Below, one piece after another: positions 10,484 to 19,684 of a DNA stretch of 37,488 bases; position 1 is the first letter of the stretch, and every line of letters begins with the position of its first letter. The position numbers and the translations under genes are program-made. The notes under the pieces are model-generated. The model ran no database searches. It saw only the letters and a program-made list of their open reading frames with translations, and was not told where the DNA came from. The stretch is from an uncultured Clostridia bacterium (GTDB taxonomy: Bacteria > Bacillota > Clostridia > TANB77 > CAG-508): positions 1 through 37,488 of the forward strand of contig CALXUH010000100.1 of the NCBI GenBank assembly GCA_944391645.1. Direction: 5' to 3'.

Positions 10484-10500
10484 AGAGGGGAAAGAATATT

Positions 10501-11886
10501 ATGAAACAAAAATCAATGGAAAAAATAGTTGCATTATGCAAAAATAGAGGATATATTTATCCAGGATCAGAAATATATGGAGGCCTAGCAAATACATGGG
10601 ATTACGGCCCACTAGGTACTGAATTTAAAAATAATGTAAAAAATGCATGGAGAAAAAAATTTATACAAGAAAATAAGTATAATGTAGGATTAGATGCAGC
10701 AATTCTAATGAACCCACAAACTTGGGTAGCATCAGGACATGTAGGTGGATTTAGTGATCCACTTATAGATTGTAAGGCTTGTAAAACAAGACATAGAGCA
10801 GATAAATTAATAGAAGATTGGATGCATGAGCATAAACAAGAAGAAATTGTTGACGGTTGGGAAGATGAAAAAATGGTTCAATTTATTAAGGAAAAAGAAA
10901 TTCCCTGCCCAGAATGCGGAAAATGTGATTTTACAAGTATAAGAAAGTTTAATTTAATGTTTAAAACATTTCAAGGAGTTACAGAAGATAGTAAAGCAGA
11001 ATTATATTTAAGACCAGAAACAGCACAAGGTATATTTGTAAATTTCAAGAATGTACTTAGAACAACAAGAAGAAAATTACCTATGGGCATAGCACAAATT
11101 GGTAAATCATTTAGAAACGAAATAACACCTGGAAATTTTACATTTAGAACTAGAGAATTTGAACAAATGGAATTAGAGTTTTTCTGTAAACCAGGAACTG
11201 ATTTAGAATGGTTTGAATATTGGAGAAAGTTTTGCAAAGATTGGCTATTAAGCTTAGGAATAAAGGAAGAAAATATAAGACTAAGAGATCACTCACCAGA
11301 AGAACTTGCTTTTTATAGTAAAGGAACTACTGATATTGAGTTCTTATTCCCATTTGGATGGGGAGAATTATGGGGAATTGCAGATAGAACAGATTATGAT
11401 TTAAAGCAACATATGGAATATTCTAAAGAAGATTTTACATATCTAGATCAAGAAACAGGAGAAAAGTTTGTTCCATATTGTGTAGAACCTTCTTTAGGCT
11501 GTGATAGAGTTGCACTTGCATTTCTTTGTAATGCATATGATGAAGAAGAAATTGCAGAGGGAGATACAAGAACAGTTTTACATTTACATCCTGCATTAGC
11601 ACCTTACAAAGTGGCAGTACTTCCACTTTCTAAAAAATTATCTGAAAAGGCAACAGAAATTTTTGAAAATTTATCAAAGAAATATGTATGTGAATATGAT
11701 GAAGCGGGAAGCATAGGAAAGAGATATAGAAGAGAAGATGAAATAGGAACACCATATTGTATAACAGTAGATTTTGAAACTGAAAATGACAATTCAGTAA
11801 CAATAAGAGATAGAGATACAATGGAACAAATAAGGGTTAATATAGATGAAATAGAGAAATGGTTAGATGAAAAATTAGAGTTTTAG
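10501..11886 (+). CDS. glyQS: Glycine--tRNA ligase (alpha2 type)
   Basis: [28 protein letters not shown]-terminus and class II motif 2 [21 protein letters not shown]. 461 aa. Confidence 0.92.
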   Translation: MKQKSMEKIVALCKNRGYIYPGSEIYGGLANTWDYGPLGTEFKNNVKNAWRKKFIQENKYNVGLDAAILMNPQTWVASGHVGGFSDPLIDCKACKTRHRADKLIEDWMHEHKQEEIVDGWEDEKMVQFIKEKEIPCPECGKCDFTSIRKFNLMFKTFQGVTEDSKAELYLRPETAQGIFVNFKNVLRTTRRKLPMGIAQIGKSFRNEITPGNFTFRTREFEQMELEFFCKPGTDLEWFEYWRKFCKDWLLSLGIKEENIRLRDHSPEELAFYSKGTTDIEFLFPFGWGELWGIADRTDYDLKQHMEYSKEDFTYLDQETGEKFVPYCVEPSLGCDRVALAFLCNAYDEEEIAEGDTRTVLHLHPALAPYKVAVLPLSKKLSEKATEIFENLSKKYVCEYDEAGSIGKRYRREDEIGTPYCITVDFETENDNSVTIRDRDTMEQIRVNIDEIEKWLDEKLEF

Positions 11887-11890
11887 AATT

Positions 11891-11918
11891 ATATGAGCAA
11901 GTTTTAGCTTGCTCATAT
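11891..11918 (+). terminator. Stem-loop after glyQS (weak or partial terminator)
   Basis: 11-bp stem atatgagcaag / cttgctcatat. No clear T tract follows, and the next gene starts 18 nt later. Confidence 0.35.
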
Positions 11919-11936
11919 GATATAAAGAGGTGAAAA

Positions 11937-13577
11937 ATGCAAGTAAAGTATAAAGATATAATTTTTGATGTGAAAAAAAGTATAAAAGTTAATGAATTAC
12001 TAAAAAAATATATTGATTTATCTGAAATAAAACCAATTGCATGTAGATTTAATAATGAAGTAAAAAGATTAGACATGCCTATAGATAAAGATGGAGAAAT
12101 AGAACTTATAGATATAACTGATACAGATGGTATGAGAGTGTATAGAAGAGGACTTGTTTTTTTAGTATGTATGGCTTTTAAAGATTTATTTCCTAAAGTA
12201 AAACTTACAATAGAATATCAACTATATCATTCCATGTTTTGTACTGCAGAAAATATAGAAATAACTGATGAAATTTTAAAACAGATTCAAGAAAAAGTAG
12301 ATGAAATAATATCAAAAGATATTCCAATTATAAAAACTGTTATGCCAAGAGATGAAGCAATTGATTTTTATAAAAATAATGATGATTTACGAGGAAAAGC
12401 ACAACTAGAATTACCTAGTAGAGACATAGTAACTTTGTATTACTGTGATAATTATTATAATTACTTATATGGAGTTATGCCTATATCTACAGGATGTATT
12501 TTAAAATATGAGTTAAGAAAGTATGATAATGGATTTTTAATAAGATACCCTAGTAAAAAAACTCCTGAAAAAATACCTGAGCCAAGAGAAACAAGAAAAT
12601 TATATAGTACATTAAAAGAAAATGATCAAACTCATAAAGTTTTGGGAATAAGCACATTGCATAAATTAAATAATAATATAAAAGAAGGTAATATAAAAGA
12701 ATATATTTTATTAGATGAAGCACTTCATGAGAAAAAAATAGCTAATATTGCAGATAGTATTGCTAAAAACAAAAAAATAAAATTAGTAGCTATAGCAGGC
12801 CCATCTTCGTCTGGAAAGACAACATTTTCTAAAAGGTTATGTTTACAATTAAGACTAAATAATTTGAAGCCAGTTCCAATTTCTGTAGATAATTATTTTG
12901 TGGAAAGAGAAAATACACCAAGAGATAGTAAAAACAATTATGATTTTGAATCTATAAAAGCTATTGATACTAAATTATTAAATAGCGATATTATGAAGTT
13001 ATTAAATGGGGAAGAAATACAAGCACCAACATTTAATTTCCATACAGGACACAAAGAGTATTTAGGCAATACCATGAAACTTTCAGATGATGAAATCCTA
13101 GTTATAGAAGGAATTCATTGCTTAAATGATAAATTGACATATTTAATCCCTAAAGAACAAAAATTTAAAATATATATAAGCGCACTTACTGTATTAAATA
13201 TTGATAACTACAATAGAATATCAACAACAGATACAAGATTGATTAGGAGAATAGTTAGAGATAAGCAATTTAGGGGATACAATGCTGAGCATACACTAGA
13301 GATGTGGCCATCTGTAAATGAAGGTGAAGAAAAAAATATATTTGTATTCCAAGAAGAAGCAGATGAAATGTTTAATTCTTCCTTAATATATGAATTAAAT
13401 GTGTTAAAACCATATGCAATGCCACTATTGAAAGAAATATCACCAAAATCTCGTATATATTCCGAAGCAAAAAGATTATATACACTATTATCGTATTTTA
13501 ATACAATAGATTCAAAAGAGGTACCAAGTAATTCTTTATTAAGAGAATTTATAGGGGATTCAATATTTTCATATTAA
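11937..13577 (+). CDS. Nucleoside kinase, uridine kinase/PRK family, with N-terminal TGS-like region
   Basis: P-loop AIAGPSSSGKTTFSKRL in the C-terminal half, with the long N-terminal extension typical of the clostridial 'uridine kinase family' 540-560 aa proteins. Confidence 0.7.
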   Translation: MQVKYKDIIFDVKKSIKVNELLKKYIDLSEIKPIACRFNNEVKRLDMPIDKDGEIELIDITDTDGMRVYRRGLVFLVCMAFKDLFPKVKLTIEYQLYHSMFCTAENIEITDEILKQIQEKVDEIISKDIPIIKTVMPRDEAIDFYKNNDDLRGKAQLELPSRDIVTLYYCDNYYNYLYGVMPISTGCILKYELRKYDNGFLIRYPSKKTPEKIPEPRETRKLYSTLKENDQTHKVLGISTLHKLNNNIKEGNIKEYILLDEALHEKKIANIADSIAKNKKIKLVAIAGPSSSGKTTFSKRLCLQLRLNNLKPVPISVDNYFVERENTPRDSKNNYDFESIKAIDTKLLNSDIMKLLNGEEIQAPTFNFHTGHKEYLGNTMKLSDDEILVIEGIHCLNDKLTYLIPKEQKFKIYISALTVLNIDNYNRISTTDTRLIRRIVRDKQFRGYNAEHTLEMWPSVNEGEEKNIFVFQEEADEMFNSSLIYELNVLKPYAMPLLKEISPKSRIYSEAKRLYTLLSYFNTIDSKEVPSNSLLREFIGDSIFSY

Positions 13578-13594
13578 TAAATATAGGAGATAAA

Positions 13595-13909
13595 ATGAAA
13601 CCAATTTTTACAAAAATAGATGAAGAATTTATATGTGAAAACTGTGGAAAAAAAGTAAAAAAATTAGGATATTCTTGCAGAAATCATTGCAATTATTGCC
13701 TTCATTCAAAACATGTAGATAAGAACCCAGGTGATAGGAGTGAAACTTGCCATGGAATTTTAGAGCCAGTTGGGGTTGAAATAAATAATAAAAAAGGATA
13801 TGTAATAATATTCAAATGTAAGAAATGTGGAGCAATACGAAAAAATAAATCTGCTGAGGATGATAATATGGATTTAATAATACAGTTAAGTTCAAAACAT
13901 AATTACTAG
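13595..13909 (+). CDS. RNHCP domain-containing zinc-ribbon protein
   Basis: Literal CRNHCNYC motif plus flanking CxxC pairs (CENCGKK, CKKCG). Confidence 0.75.
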   Translation: MKPIFTKIDEEFICENCGKKVKKLGYSCRNHCNYCLHSKHVDKNPGDRSETCHGILEPVGVEINNKKGYVIIFKCKKCGAIRKNKSAEDDNMDLIIQLSSKHNY

Positions 13910-13924
13910 AAATACTGTTTAGAG

Positions 13925-13953
13925 TTGACAAAAAATAAAAAAGAGTTTAGAAT
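13925..13953 (+). promoter_or_regulatory. Sigma-A type promoter for rnpB
   Basis: ttgaca (13925-13930), 17-nt spacer, tagaat (13948-13953). The RNA 5' end is expected about 7 nt downstream. Confidence 0.55.
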
Positions 13954-13960
13954 AATAAAT

Positions 13961-14312
13961 GGAGTATATTGAACAGTCGCGTATGAAATCTAGAAATAGT
14001 TCATATGAGGAAAGTCCGGGCTCCATAGAGCAATGATGCTGGATAACGTCCAGTGAGGGAGACCTTAAGGAAAGTGCAACAGAAAATAACCGCCTATTAA
14101 TTTTAATAGGTAAGGGTGAAAAGGTGAGGTAAGAGCTTACCGCTAGTATGGTGACATATTAGGACAATGTAAACCCCATCTGGAGCAACACCTAAAAAGA
14201 AGGAAAAGACTGCTCGTCATCTTCTAAAAATGGTGGCTAGAGGCATATAGTAATATATGTTCGAGATAAATGACTGTTTTAAACAGAACCCGGCTTATAG
14301 ATATACTTCGTT
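13961..14312 (+). ncRNA. rnpB: RNase P RNA (bacterial, Firmicute type B-like)
   Basis: Universal GAGGAAAGTCCGGGC (14008-14022) and 3' ACAGAACCCGGCTTA. The 5' ggagtatat pairs with the 3' atatacttc (P1). End coordinates are approximate. Confidence 0.85.
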
Positions 14313-14324
14313 AGCCAAAAAATA

Positions 14325-14364
14325 AAACCAAATTATTAATATAATAATTTGGTTTATTCATTTT
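14325..14364 (+). terminator. Rho-independent terminator after rnpB
   Basis: 14-bp stem aaaccaaattatta / taataatttggttt followed by attcatttt. Confidence 0.65.
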
Positions 14365-14405
14365 ATTATTGTGTATATTTATTAAAAAGTTTTTATTTTT
14401 TAAGA

Positions 14406-14624
14406 TTAAAACGAAATAAAATTATTTTCTATAAATCTATTAATATTAGATGGATTAATACCAGAAGTTGCCGAAAGATCATTTATTGAAAGCGATTCTG
14501 ATGAATTGCCTAAAATAGTATTTAATTTTGCTATATCAGCCCTATCTTTTATCTCACATTCGTAACAAATATCATTATCAGAAACAAAAAAATTACCACA
14601 TCTATTACATCTTTTAAATTCCAT
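14406..14624 (-). CDS. Small zinc-ribbon protein, YvyF/TIGR03826-like (tentative)
   Basis: 72 aa with CNRCGxxF...CYEC followed by a helical tail. The layout resembles the 'flagellar region protein' family. The assignment is from memory only. Confidence 0.4.
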   Translation of the reverse strand: MEFKRCNRCGNFFVSDNDICYECEIKDRADIAKLNTILGNSSESLSINDLSATSGINPSNINRFIENNFISF

Positions 14625-14761
14625 AAAATCACCCCATAAAATATTATAACCACATTTTATCAGATAATAAAAAAAAATAAAAGATATAAATTAAAATTTT
14701 TAGATAAAATTTGATATATTTTATTAATTTAGGTTAACTTAATAAACTTCTATCAAATTAA

Positions 14762-14790
14762 TTGACAGTTGTTTTTAAATGTTATAAAAT
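14762..14790 (+). promoter_or_regulatory. Sigma-A type promoter for the small ORF and cdaA-truA
   Basis: ttgaca (14762-14767), 17-nt spacer, taaaat (14785-14790). Confidence 0.5.
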
Positions 14791-14825
14791 ATATAATATG
14801 TTAAAAAAGTAAGGGGAGAATGAAA

Positions 14826-14936
14826 ATGGCAAAAAGAGATAAAAAAAAATTAATGACAAAAGTGTTAGCTTCAGTATTAGCAGGACTAATGGTATTAAGT
14901 GTTGCAGCAACTTTAATAGCATTTTTAATTAAATAA
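14826..14936 (+). CDS. Unannotated 36-aa single-pass membrane peptide upstream of cdaA
   Basis: RBS aaggggag (14811-14818) lies 7 nt before ATG 14826. Product is MAKRDKKKLMTKVLASVLAGLMVLSVAATLIAFLIK. It is below the ORF-track length cutoff and ends 16 nt before cdaA. Confidence 0.5.
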   Translation: MAKRDKKKLMTKVLASVLAGLMVLSVAATLIAFLIK

Positions 14937-14952
14937 TATAGGGAGGAAACAA

Positions 14953-15819
14953 ATGACAAATAGTGTTGGTACGCAAATAAGCATGCAAAAAATTTTTGAA
15001 TATTTAAAAACATTACAGCAAAATCCAATAAAAATAGTGACCATAATATTAGATGTAGTAATTGTTGTATTTTTAATTGTAAAATTAGTTCAATTAATAA
15101 AAGGAACTAGAGCGCTACAGTTGTTAAAAGGTATTATATTTTTAATTGTAATAACTATTGTAAGTGGAATGTTAGAATTAAATATACTAAATTATATACT
15201 TACTTCTTTTATGACATATGGAGTAATATTATTAATTGTAATATTTCAGCCAGAACTAAGAAGGGCCTTAGAACAATTAGGAAGTAATAAAATAAACAAA
15301 TTCTTTGGTATAGATAAGGATATTGAAACCAAAACTAAAGAGAATATATACAAAATAGTTATTGCTACAATGGAGCTTTCTAAAACCAAAACAGGAGCTT
15401 TAATGGTTATTGAAAGAGATATAAAATTAAAAGATATAATGGACACAGGTGTACCAATAGATGCTGAAATTTCACCACAATTATTAGTAAATATATTTGC
15501 ACCTAAAACACCTTTACACGATGGTGCAGTTGTAATTAGTGAAAATAGAATAAGGGCAGCAGCTTGTATGTTACCACTATCAAATGATAAGCATGTTTCA
15601 AAAAGAATAGGAACAAGACATCGTTCAGCTATAGGAATGTCTAAGGAATCAGATGCTATTGTTGTAGTAGTTTCAGAAGAAACTGGAAAAATATCTGTTG
15701 CAAAGGATGGAACATTAATTGCTGATGTAAAAGAAGATTCGCTAAAACAAATTCTTTTAAAAAATTTAATTACAAAGACAAGCGAAAAACAAAAAAAAGA
15801 TAAAAATGGCTCGAATTAA
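14953..15819 (+). CDS. cdaA: Membrane diadenylate cyclase CdaA
   Basis: Three N-terminal TM helices and a DAC domain with HDGAVVIS, GTRHRSAIGMS and VVVVSEETGKISVA. Confidence 0.9.
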   Translation: MTNSVGTQISMQKIFEYLKTLQQNPIKIVTIILDVVIVVFLIVKLVQLIKGTRALQLLKGIIFLIVITIVSGMLELNILNYILTSFMTYGVILLIVIFQPELRRALEQLGSNKINKFFGIDKDIETKTKENIYKIVIATMELSKTKTGALMVIERDIKLKDIMDTGVPIDAEISPQLLVNIFAPKTPLHDGAVVISENRIRAAACMLPLSNDKHVSKRIGTRHRSAIGMSKESDAIVVVVSEETGKISVAKDGTLIADVKEDSLKQILLKNLITKTSEKQKKDKNGSN

Positions 15820-15844
15820 CGAGCCTAATTTTATGGGAGAAAAT

Positions 15845-16579
15845 ATGAGAAATATAAAGTTAATTATAGAATATGATGGAAAAAAATTTGGTGGATGGCA
15901 AAAACAGCCACAAAAACTTAATATTCAGGGAGAAATAGAAAAAGCAATAGAAGAAATAACTGGTGAGAAAGTAGATTTAATTGCTTCTGGAAGAACTGAT
16001 GCGGGTGTACATAGTTTAGGACAAACAGCAAATTTTAAAACAGAGAGTAAAATTGATATAGAAAAAATGGCATTTGCAATAAATTCTAAATTAAAACAAA
16101 GTATAAGAATTATAAAAGCTGAAGAAGTAGATGCAACTTTTCATTCAAGATATTCTTGTAAGGGGAAAAAGTATAGATATATAATTAATAATTCAAAATA
16201 TGGAAGTGCTATATATAGAAATTTGGAATACCATATGCCAATAAAGTTAGATGTAGAGAATATGAAAAAAGCTATAAAATATTTTGAGGGAGAACATGAT
16301 TTTAAAGGATTTAAAGCAAGTGGTACAAGTAGTAAGAGTAGCGTAAGAACAATATATAGTGCAAAAATAGAATTAAAAGAAGAAAGAATAATTATAGAAT
16401 TAGAAGGCAATGGATTTTTGTATAATATGGTAAGGATAATTGCAGGAACCATTGTAGATGTTGGATTAGGTAAAATAAAACCAGATGAAATACCTGAAAT
16501 CATAAGTTCAAAGGATAGAACAAAAGCAGGCAAAACTTTACCACCACAAGGATTATATTTAGTAAATGTGTATTATTAA
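15845..16579 (+). CDS. truA: tRNA pseudouridine(38-40) synthase
   Basis: IEYDGKKFGGWQKQ, catalytic GRTDAGVHSLGQ and FLYNMVRIIAG. ATG 15845 follows gggag. The ORF-track start at 15806 overlaps cdaA. Confidence 0.9.
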   Translation: MRNIKLIIEYDGKKFGGWQKQPQKLNIQGEIEKAIEEITGEKVDLIASGRTDAGVHSLGQTANFKTESKIDIEKMAFAINSKLKQSIRIIKAEEVDATFHSRYSCKGKKYRYIINNSKYGSAIYRNLEYHMPIKLDVENMKKAIKYFEGEHDFKGFKASGTSSKSSVRTIYSAKIELKEERIIIELEGNGFLYNMVRIIAGTIVDVGLGKIKPDEIPEIISSKDRTKAGKTLPPQGLYLVNVYY

Positions 16580-16606
16580 TAATACTTAAAATTCTAAAAG
16601 TGTTAA

Positions 16607-16646
16607 TAAAAAGCCTTCGAAGTATTGATACTTCGAAGGCTTAAAT
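16607..16646. terminator. Bidirectional terminator between truA (+) and rpsI (-)
   Basis: Palindrome aagccttcgaagtat / atacttcgaaggctt, flanked by an A run on the left and T-rich sequence on the right. Confidence 0.7.
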
Positions 16647-16663
16647 ATTTTACAAAAAGTATA

Positions 16664-17071
16664 TTATCTCTTACTAAATTGAGGTGCTTTTCTTGCTTTT
16701 TTAAGACCGTATTTTTTTCTTTCTTTCATTCTAGAATCTCTTGTTAGGAATCCAGCAGATTTTAAAATTGGTCTATATTCTGTACTATTAGCTTCTAATA
16801 ATGCTCTAGAAATACCATGTCTAACAGCACCAGCTTGACCACTTATACCACCACCAGTTACTTTAGCAATAACATCATATTTATCAATTGTATTTGTAGC
16901 AACTAATGGTTGCTTAACTATAACTTTTAAAGTTTCAACACCAAAATATTCATCTATATCTTTTCCATTAATAGTAATTTTACCACTGCCATTTAATAAT
17001 CTTACTCTAGCAATAGAACTTTTTCTTCTACCTGTTCCATAAAAGAAGTTTTTATCTAATTTTTTTGCCAT
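16664..17071 (-). CDS. rpsI: 30S ribosomal protein S9
   Basis: [32 protein letters not shown] and a C-terminal KAPQFSKR. Confidence 0.95.
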   Translation of the reverse strand: MAKKLDKNFFYGTGRRKSSIARVRLLNGSGKITINGKDIDEYFGVETLKVIVKQPLVATNTIDKYDVIAKVTGGGISGQAGAVRHGISRALLEANSTEYRPILKSAGFLTRDSRMKERKKYGLKKARKAPQFSKR

Positions 17072-17072
17072 A

Positions 17073-17510
17073 TTATTTTACCTCCCAGATTTCTGGTTTT
17101 TGAGCTTTATTTTCATGTTCTGAACCACTGTATATTCTAACTTTAGTAATCATTTGTCTTCCTAGTCTGTTTTTTGGAAGCATACCTTTAATTGCTAGCA
17201 TCATAGCTTTTTCAGGTTTTTCTTGTAACATGTTTCTTGCAGAAGTTTCTTTCATATTTCCAATATAACCAGTATGATGTCTATAAACTTTTTGATCCAA
17301 TTTTTTACCAGTTAAGACAACATCTTTACAATTTAAAATAATAACATGATCACCTGTATCAATATTAGGTGTAAATGTTGGTTTATGTTTTCCTCTCAAT
17401 AATTTTGCGGCTTCAGCAGCAACTCTTCCAAGTGGCTTTCCACTTGCATCAATTATATACCATTTTCTTTCAATTTCGTTTGTTTTTGCAGTGTATGTAG
17501 TATTACTCAT
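17073..17510 (-). CDS. rplM: 50S ribosomal protein L13
   Basis: [23 protein letters not shown] and KGMLPKN. Confidence 0.95.
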   Translation of the reverse strand: MSNTTYTAKTNEIERKWYIIDASGKPLGRVAAEAAKLLRGKHKPTFTPNIDTGDHVIILNCKDVVLTGKKLDQKVYRHHTGYIGNMKETSARNMLQEKPEKAMMLAIKGMLPKNRLGRQMITKVRIYSGSEHENKAQKPEIWEVK

Positions 17511-17639
17511 GATAAAAATCCTCCAATCATATTGTTTTTATTTAAATATTTACTTTATATATTATAATTATATAGACTACCGGGCAAGGGTCTATAAATC
17601 ATACTTAAATATTTTAATACAAAAAAAATAAAAAGTCAA
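17511..17639 (-). promoter_or_regulatory. rplM-rpsI promoter plus 5' leader with a GC-rich hairpin (possible L13-type leader)
   Basis: On the minus strand: ttgact (plus-strand 17634-17639), 17-nt spacer, taaaat (17611-17616). The leader hairpin is tatagac (17569-17575) / gtctata (17588-17594), with loop taccgggcaaggg on the plus strand (cccttgcccggta as transcribed). Assignment to the L13 leader class is a guess. Confidence 0.35.
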
Positions 17640-17647
17640 TAAAAACT

Positions 17648-17819
17648 ATTGACTTTTTTAAAAATTAGTAGTAATATTATAAGGATTGTTAAAGAAGAAG
17701 TATCCATTCTCACCTTTACCAAAAGGGAAAAGGTTAATTAAAATATATTATATTATTTGTTTATGGATTAACTTGTTCTTTATATGACAAGTTATTTTTT
17801 ATTTAAGGGGTGATTTAGT
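17648..17819 (+). promoter_or_regulatory. infC operon promoter and L20-type leader with an intrinsic attenuator
   Basis: ttgact (17648-17653), 17-nt spacer, taatat (17671-17676). The roughly 140-nt leader ends in stem taacttgt (17769-17776) / acaagtta (17787-17794) plus a T tract, just upstream of the infC RBS. Confidence 0.5.
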
Positions 17820-18332
17820 ATCAAACAAGACTTACTAATAAATGAGCAAATAAGATTTAAAATGGTTCAAGTTATAGGGGAAAATGGAGAAAAACTTGGT
17901 AAAATGACCAAAGATGAGGCATTAGACATTGCAGAAGCAAAAAAATTAGATTTAGTTTTAGTTTCATCAAATCCAGAAAATCCTGTTTGTAGAATTATGA
18001 ACTATGGAAAGCATAAATTTGAACAATCAAAAAGAGAAAAAGAATCTAAGAAAAAACAAAAAGCTCTTGAATTAAAAGAAATTAGAGTAACACCTAATAT
18101 TGAAGAACACGATTTTGGTTTTAAATCTAAAAATGCGAAAAAATTTTTAACCGAAGGAAATAAAGTTAAAATAACAGTTAGATTTAGAGGTAGAGAAGTA
18201 AATTATGCAAAAATGGGAGAGGATGTTTTAAATAAATTTATCCAAGAATTGTCAGAAGTATCTACTCTAGAAAAAAAACCACTATTAGAGGGTAAAAATA
18301 TGTTTATAATATTAGCACCAATTAATAAATAA
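17820..18332 (+). CDS. infC: Translation initiation factor IF-3 with a probable non-AUG (AUC) start
   Basis: Homology (KQDLLINEQIRFKMVQVIGENGEKLG) extends 14 codons upstream of ATG 17862, and the frame opens after TGA 17811-17813. ATC 17820 lies 7 nt after RBS aaggggtg. Confidence 0.85.
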   Translation: MKQDLLINEQIRFKMVQVIGENGEKLGKMTKDEALDIAEAKKLDLVLVSSNPENPVCRIMNYGKHKFEQSKREKESKKKQKALELKEIRVTPNIEEHDFGFKSKNAKKFLTEGNKVKITVRFRGREVNYAKMGEDVLNKFIQELSEVSTLEKKPLLEGKNMFIILAPINK

Positions 18333-18384
18333 AAATGCTAAATTATTATATATTCACATTAAAAATAAAGAGGAGGTAAATATA

Positions 18385-18585
18385 ATGCCAAAATTAAAAA
18401 CAAATAAAGCAGCTGCAAAAAGATATGGATATACTGCAACTGGAAAAGTTAAAAGAACAAAATCAAATAGAAGACATTTGCTTGCAAATAAAACAACAAG
18501 ACAAAAAAAATCTGGAAAGATACAAAATGCTTATGCAGATAAAACATGTGAGGCAGGAATAAAAAAATTATTACCTTACGGTTAA
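18385..18585 (+). CDS. rpmI: 50S ribosomal protein L35
   Basis: MPKLKTNKAAAKR..., 66 aa, RBS agaggagg. Confidence 0.95.
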   Translation: MPKLKTNKAAAKRYGYTATGKVKRTKSNRRHLLANKTTRQKKSGKIQNAYADKTCEAGIKKLLPYG

Positions 18586-18612
18586 TATGATGTTTAAAAG
18601 GAGGAGATAAAA

Positions 18613-18963
18613 ATGGCAAGAGTAAAAACAGCAAGAATTACAAGAAAAAAACATAAAAAAATATTAAAACAAGCTAAAGGATATTTTGGAGCAAAAAGAT
18701 ATAGATTTAGAAATGCAAATCAAGCAGTCTTAAAATCACTATCATATGCTTATGTTGGAAGAAAGGACAAAAAAAGTGATTTTAGAAAATTATGGATAGC
18801 AAGAATAAATGCTGCTAGCCGTCAAAATGGATTAACATATAGTAAGATGATTGCAGGACTAAAAAAAGCTAATATAACTATTAATAGAAAAATGTTAGCA
18901 GAACTTGCTGTAAATGATAGTAAAGCATTTACACAACTAGCTGAAATTGCTAAAAAAGCATAA
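18613..18963 (+). CDS. rplT: 50S ribosomal protein L20
   Basis: MARVK...KGYFGAKR...[12 protein letters not shown]. Confidence 0.95.
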   Translation: MARVKTARITRKKHKKILKQAKGYFGAKRYRFRNANQAVLKSLSYAYVGRKDKKSDFRKLWIARINAASRQNGLTYSKMIAGLKKANITINRKMLAELAVNDSKAFTQLAEIAKKA

Positions 18964-18975
18964 TAATAAAAAAAT

Positions 18976-19007
18976 GATTTTTACTTAAGTAAAAATCGTT
19001 TTTTTTA
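18976..19007 (+). terminator. Rho-independent terminator after rplT
   Basis: gatttttactt / aagtaaaaatc palindrome followed by a T8 run. Confidence 0.75.
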
Positions 19008-19185
19008 TGCAATAGAAAATTTATCCCAAAATCTTATTAAATAAAAGAATATAATTGCCATTGAATTTGAGGTTCCATTTTTAAAAGATGAAATTTAAAT
19101 AAGTACGATAAAAAATAACTTTTTTATTTTGCCCTAAAATATAAAGTTTGTGGGTTCCCTGGAAAACCAGAGAACCCACATAACT

Positions 19186-19521
19186 TTAAAAACGGAAAAT
19201 GATTTTGATGGTTGCTTTCCCAGGAAGACTGTCCTTGTAAATGTGGATATCGGCAGTTTCCAACTGGTTCAGGAAATCCTCAGAGAGGTTCTGGAATACT
19301 TCAAAAGGAAAGTTTCCAGTATGTGTGTACGTGTGGGCTGCCGGATCGATGTACTTCCAATGAGAAGCACTTGCCTTGCCGACAGCAATTTCCTGCTGAA
19401 TAAGCTTTAACACAAACCGATTGAACTTGTCGGGAGAATCTCCCCTCAGTTCAGAGTTGGCGTTTGCCATATCATGGGTAGCTGCCATAATGACATCATG
19501 AGTATTAACGATATTTTCCAT
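19186..19521 (-). CDS. Hypothetical protein (111 aa) in a higher-GC islet
   Basis: ATG 19521 follows RBS aaggaagg. Product starts MENIVNTHDVIMAATHDMANANSELRGDSPDKF... A terminator hairpin gtgggttccctgg / ccagagaacccac (19150-19179) lies downstream. G+C is in the mid-40s % by eye. It contains an in-frame CGG (plus-strand 19417-19419) read as Arg. Confidence 0.5.
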   Translation of the reverse strand: MENIVNTHDVIMAATHDMANANSELRGDSPDKFNRFVLKLIQQEIAVGKASASHWKYIDPAAHTYTHTGNFPFEVFQNLSEDFLNQLETADIHIYKDSLPGKATIKIIFRF

Positions 19522-19684
19522 TTTAACCTTCCTTTCAATTGTCAACAATTTGTTTAATATGAATAAACGCACAAAAGTGCGGAAAGCAAGGAAATTTATA
19601 TAAAATGAGAGAAACTCTCATATTAATTATATAATAACATAAGTTACATAATTTGTCAAAAGTTTGTTATATATATATTAAATA

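Noticed and set aside
14838-14848. The A-run (gat aaa aaa aaa tta) in the small ORF upstream of cdaA as a slippery or phase-variable tract
   Set aside because: Poly-A runs of this length are common throughout this AT-rich window. Nothing in the alternative frames suggests a programmed event.
2677-18634. Numerous antisense or out-of-frame ORFs inside pfkA, argS, radA, disA, ppiB, glyQS, cdaA, truA and rpmI (for example 2677-3096, 4455-4742, 7156-7566, 8403-8753, 10248-10541, 11604-11821, 16141-16533)
   Set aside because: All lie inside strongly supported genes on the other strand or frame. They encode repetitive hydrophobic sequence and lack ribosome-binding sites.
19150-19410. Plus-strand ORFs 19150-19410 and 19212-19403
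   Set aside because: They are shadows of the higher-GC minus-strand gene 19186-19521, which has the RBS and the terminator.
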